From Monocercomonoides exilis PA203 (taxonomy: Eukaryota; Protista; Preaxostyla): a DNA stretch of 64,000 nucleotides. How positions within the stretch are numbered: the stretch's first letter is position 1; the number at the start of each line of letters is the position of its first letter. Positions 61,022 to 64,000 of the stretch are shown here, piece after piece. The position numbers were made by a program, and so were the translations under genes. The notes below the pieces were generated by a model that had not been told where the DNA came from, ran no database searches, and saw nothing but the letters and a program-made list of their open reading frames with translations. Where the stretch lies: the NCBI GenBank assembly GCA_001643675.2, contig LSRY02000061.1, positions 124,001 through 188,000 of the forward strand, read 5' to 3'.

Positions 61022-64000
61022 ATGGGTAACATTTTTGGAAAACGCAAGAATCGGCATGAGGTTGCTCATCCGTCAGTTCCAATTTCCCCTCATTGCTCTG
61101 CCGCAAGAGTTCCGTCACCTGAAAAGCCCAACCGAACTGAAGTGGAAAGCACAGAACATAACATAATCCAATCGGTATCTTTTGCCCTTTCAACACCACC
61201 AAAATCCAATTCAAACATTTACAATACCTCTGAGCAACATTCATCAGAATCAAAGGTATTGTCTGAGAAAACTCCAAAATCAAAACAAGTCGTTACGAAA
61301 GAGGCAGAAGAAGCAATAAAGGAACTATTAAAAGAACAGCCGGTTAAGTTTGAACCAGCTCAGGTGATAGAAACGCGAATTGTTCACAAAATTCGACTTC
61401 CTTCCGGTAAGAAGATGATAAATAATTATTTGATAGTTAGTAAATTAGGAAGCGGAAGTTTCGGAAAAGTTGTGCTTTGCGAAGACGCAAAGACACGAGC
61501 GAGATATGTGTGCACTTTTTCAATTTTATTTGTTAATTCGTTTATTTATTTCTATCTGATGATGATTTTATGCTTTTTTCCATTGAAATACATTTTTGCT
61601 TAAAAGGCTATGAAAATTTTGAAAAGAGACGGATTAACGAAAAGATGGAAAGGAAAAAATGGTTTTCAACATTTGCTGCGGGAAATGACAATTATGAAAA
61701 AAGTTAACGGCCATCCATCAATCATGGGTCTTCATGAGATTCTAGATGATCCAACAGCACCAAAGTTGTATTTAGTTATCGAGCTATGCGAAGGTGGGCG
61801 CGTTATGAAAACTCCTTCTTTGCTACCAATTCAGATCGAAGATTTGAACAGGTCAATAACCACCTTAAATTCTGCAATAGCATCAACCATGTCATCTCCC
61901 TCAGCAGACGACCAAGCTACGATTAATTCAATAAAAGACACCACTTCCTTCTTTCTGACACAAACATCTCACATCCGCCCACTGCCTCAAGAGCTTGCCA
62001 TCCACTTCACTCGCTCTCTTCTTCTCGGCCTTCTCTTTCTGCACAGCCACAAGATCATTCACAGAGACATCAAGCCAGACAACCTGCTGCTCAATTCAAA
62101 AGGAGAGCTGAAGATCTGTGACTTCGGCTCATCGCAGCTGCTGAAGCACCACAAGCAGCTGCTGCATTCGACTGAAGGCACTTTTGCCTTCCTGTCTCCT
62201 GAAGTGGTGAAAGGAAGAGGGTTTTTGGGAACAGCTGTGGATGTGTGGGCGATGGGTGTGTGCGTGTATGTGTTCTGCTATGGCGTGCTGCCATTTGGGA
62301 ATGGCATTGGGAGAGGAGGAGGAGGATGTGGTGGTGGAGGAGGGGAGAAGGAAAGAGGGAGAAGTCACAGAGAGACGGTGGATGAAAACGGAGAGAACAG
62401 GAAATCAGACAAGCGTTTGGTGTCCTTTTCCTCTTCTTTATCTCCATCTCCGTCTCCTTCTTCTTCTTCCTCTTCTTCCAGCTACACCTCTTCTCTTCCT
62501 TATCCCTCCAAAAGCGATATCAGCATCCTTCAAAGTGAGACAGACGAGACGAAAGTGACCAACCAGCAGCTGTTCAGCGAGATCAAGCACAAACCTCTCA
62601 TCTTCCCAGACATGGCATCGATTGAGGCATTCGAACGGAACAACTGCCCTGGCTCTGTCAAAAGAGAGTCTTATGCGTCTTCTCTGCTTCCTCCACAAAG
62701 TGCTTCAACTTCATCTGCTTCTTCTTCTTCTTCCTCTGTTGATGCTTCTTCTTCTTCTTCTCCTGATTCTTCTCTTTCCTCTTCCTCTTCCCCTTCCCCA
62801 TCTCTTCTTCTCCAGCAGCACTTCATTTCTCTTCTCCTCAACAAGAACCCTTCCCTCCGTCTGCATTTATGTGAGGCAGTTGTGCACCCCTGGATCACCT
62901 CTTCCTATTCGAAGCCATTTGAAGAGGAAGAGCTGAAGAAGGCAGGGTTGTTCGGGCTGAGGAAGTACATGTACATGAAGATGCTCCATTGGAGGGAGAA
63001 GGAGATGCTGAAAGAGAAGGTGAGGGCAGCTGGAAGAGACGAAGCTGTGTTGTCTTCTGCGATGAATGGGAAGATGACACAAATATCAGATCTTTCTTCT
63101 TCTTCCTCTCCTTCTTTTATATCTTCTCCTTCTCCTTCTCCTTCTTCCTCTCCTGTTCCCTTCTCCACCACACTCACTGAGAAAGAGCAGATATCCATCT
63201 TTGAAGAGTGGAAGGGAGAATACAGAGCAATTGTGGAGCTGGTGAGGCTGAAGGAAATCAGCTTGGGAATCAAAACAAACAGCGAAAAGAAAACTTTTCC
63301 TTCTTCGGCATCACTTTTGAGTGCATCGGGTGCTCAAAATGATGGAGCTTCGATTTCTTCCGCTTCTGCCTCTGCCACTGCCTCTGCAGCTAATTCTTCT
63401 TCTTCCTCCTCCTCTTCTTCTACAAATTCTGTCCATTTCCATTCAAAAAGCACTCACCAAGTGTATTTTGAGCCATCTGACATGCCACAACAATCTGACA
63501 TCTTCACAAATGCTGACAATCCTTTGCTTCCTTCCTCCTCTTCCTCTCCTTCTCCTTCTCCTCCTTTCTCTTCTTCTTCTTCTTCCTTTTCCTCCACCAC
63601 TTCTTCTTCTGCTTATTCCACCCCTTATTCTCAATCTCCTGCCCCTTCTCCTTATGCTCTCTATAACACACCCTTCGTCAGATATTATGTTCGCCCTTTT
63701 CCTCACGTTTATTCTTCTTCCTCCTCATCAAATAATACTTCATCATCATCATCTTCTTCCTTTTCCTCCTCTTCCTCCTCTTCCTCCTCTTCCTCTTCCT
63801 CTCTCTCCCATCCTTCCTCTCCTTCTCCACTTCCTTATGCTTCTCCTTCTTCTGATATATCTCCACAATACTCTTGTGCTTCTTCTATGTTTGCTCCTTC
63901 TCCTTCTCCTTGCCCTTCCTCATCTTTCTCTTCTTCTTCTGCACTGAAATTCTGTTCTTCTCCTTCCACAACATCTTCTTCTTCTTCTTCTTCTTCTTCT
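61022..64000 (+). CDS. CaMKK-family Ser/Thr protein kinase, N-myristoylation motif; 3' end beyond window
   Basis: MGNIFGK; INNYLIVSKLGSGSFGKV; intron 61508-61606; AMKIL, LHEILDDP...KLYLVIE, IIHRDIKPDNLL, KICDFG, GTFAFLSPE, DVWAMGV, GVLPF. Confidence 0.9.

Noticed and set aside
1-64000. Non-standard genetic code (TAR = Gln, as in some oxymonads)
   Set aside because: Long conserved exons contain no in-frame TAA/TAG, and genes end in TAA, TAG or TGA

Overview
AT-rich, gene-dense eukaryotic genomic DNA using the standard genetic code (TAA, TAG and TGA all terminate genes), with many short GT-AG spliceosomal introns whose donors are mostly GTTTG/GTATG. The pervasive Ser-rich low-complexity inserts and GGAI-repeat beta-helix surface protein suggest an anaerobic metamonad protist such as the oxymonad Monocercomonoides; this assignment is an inference from sequence style. 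About 22 protein genes can be reconstructed: a large GGAI-repeat surface protein (runs off the left edge), a KCTD-type BTB-SPRY protein, a giant Cys-to-Ser DUSP pseudophosphatase, a charged type I membrane protein with an apparent frameshift, an A/B-type cyclin, a CX3C-repeat secreted protein, aminopeptidase P, a HAD sugar phosphatase, a RING-H2 ligase, a TOM1/GPR137-like 7TM protein, xanthine dehydrogenase, PI synthase, NIP7, a tandem pair of unknown paralogs, tepsin, a SERBP1/Stm1-like protein, a divergent double-AAA ATPase, a CH-like TM protein and a CaMKK-like kinase (runs off the right edge). A ~406 bp fold-back MITE with TA target duplication lies at 31.6-32.0 kb. The best novelty candidates are the tandem unknown paralog family, the Moco/2Fe-2S XDH with an altered substrate pocket, the AAA ATPase with DH in both Walker B motifs, the MITE and the CX3C protein. 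No rRNA, tRNA or CRISPR array was seen.
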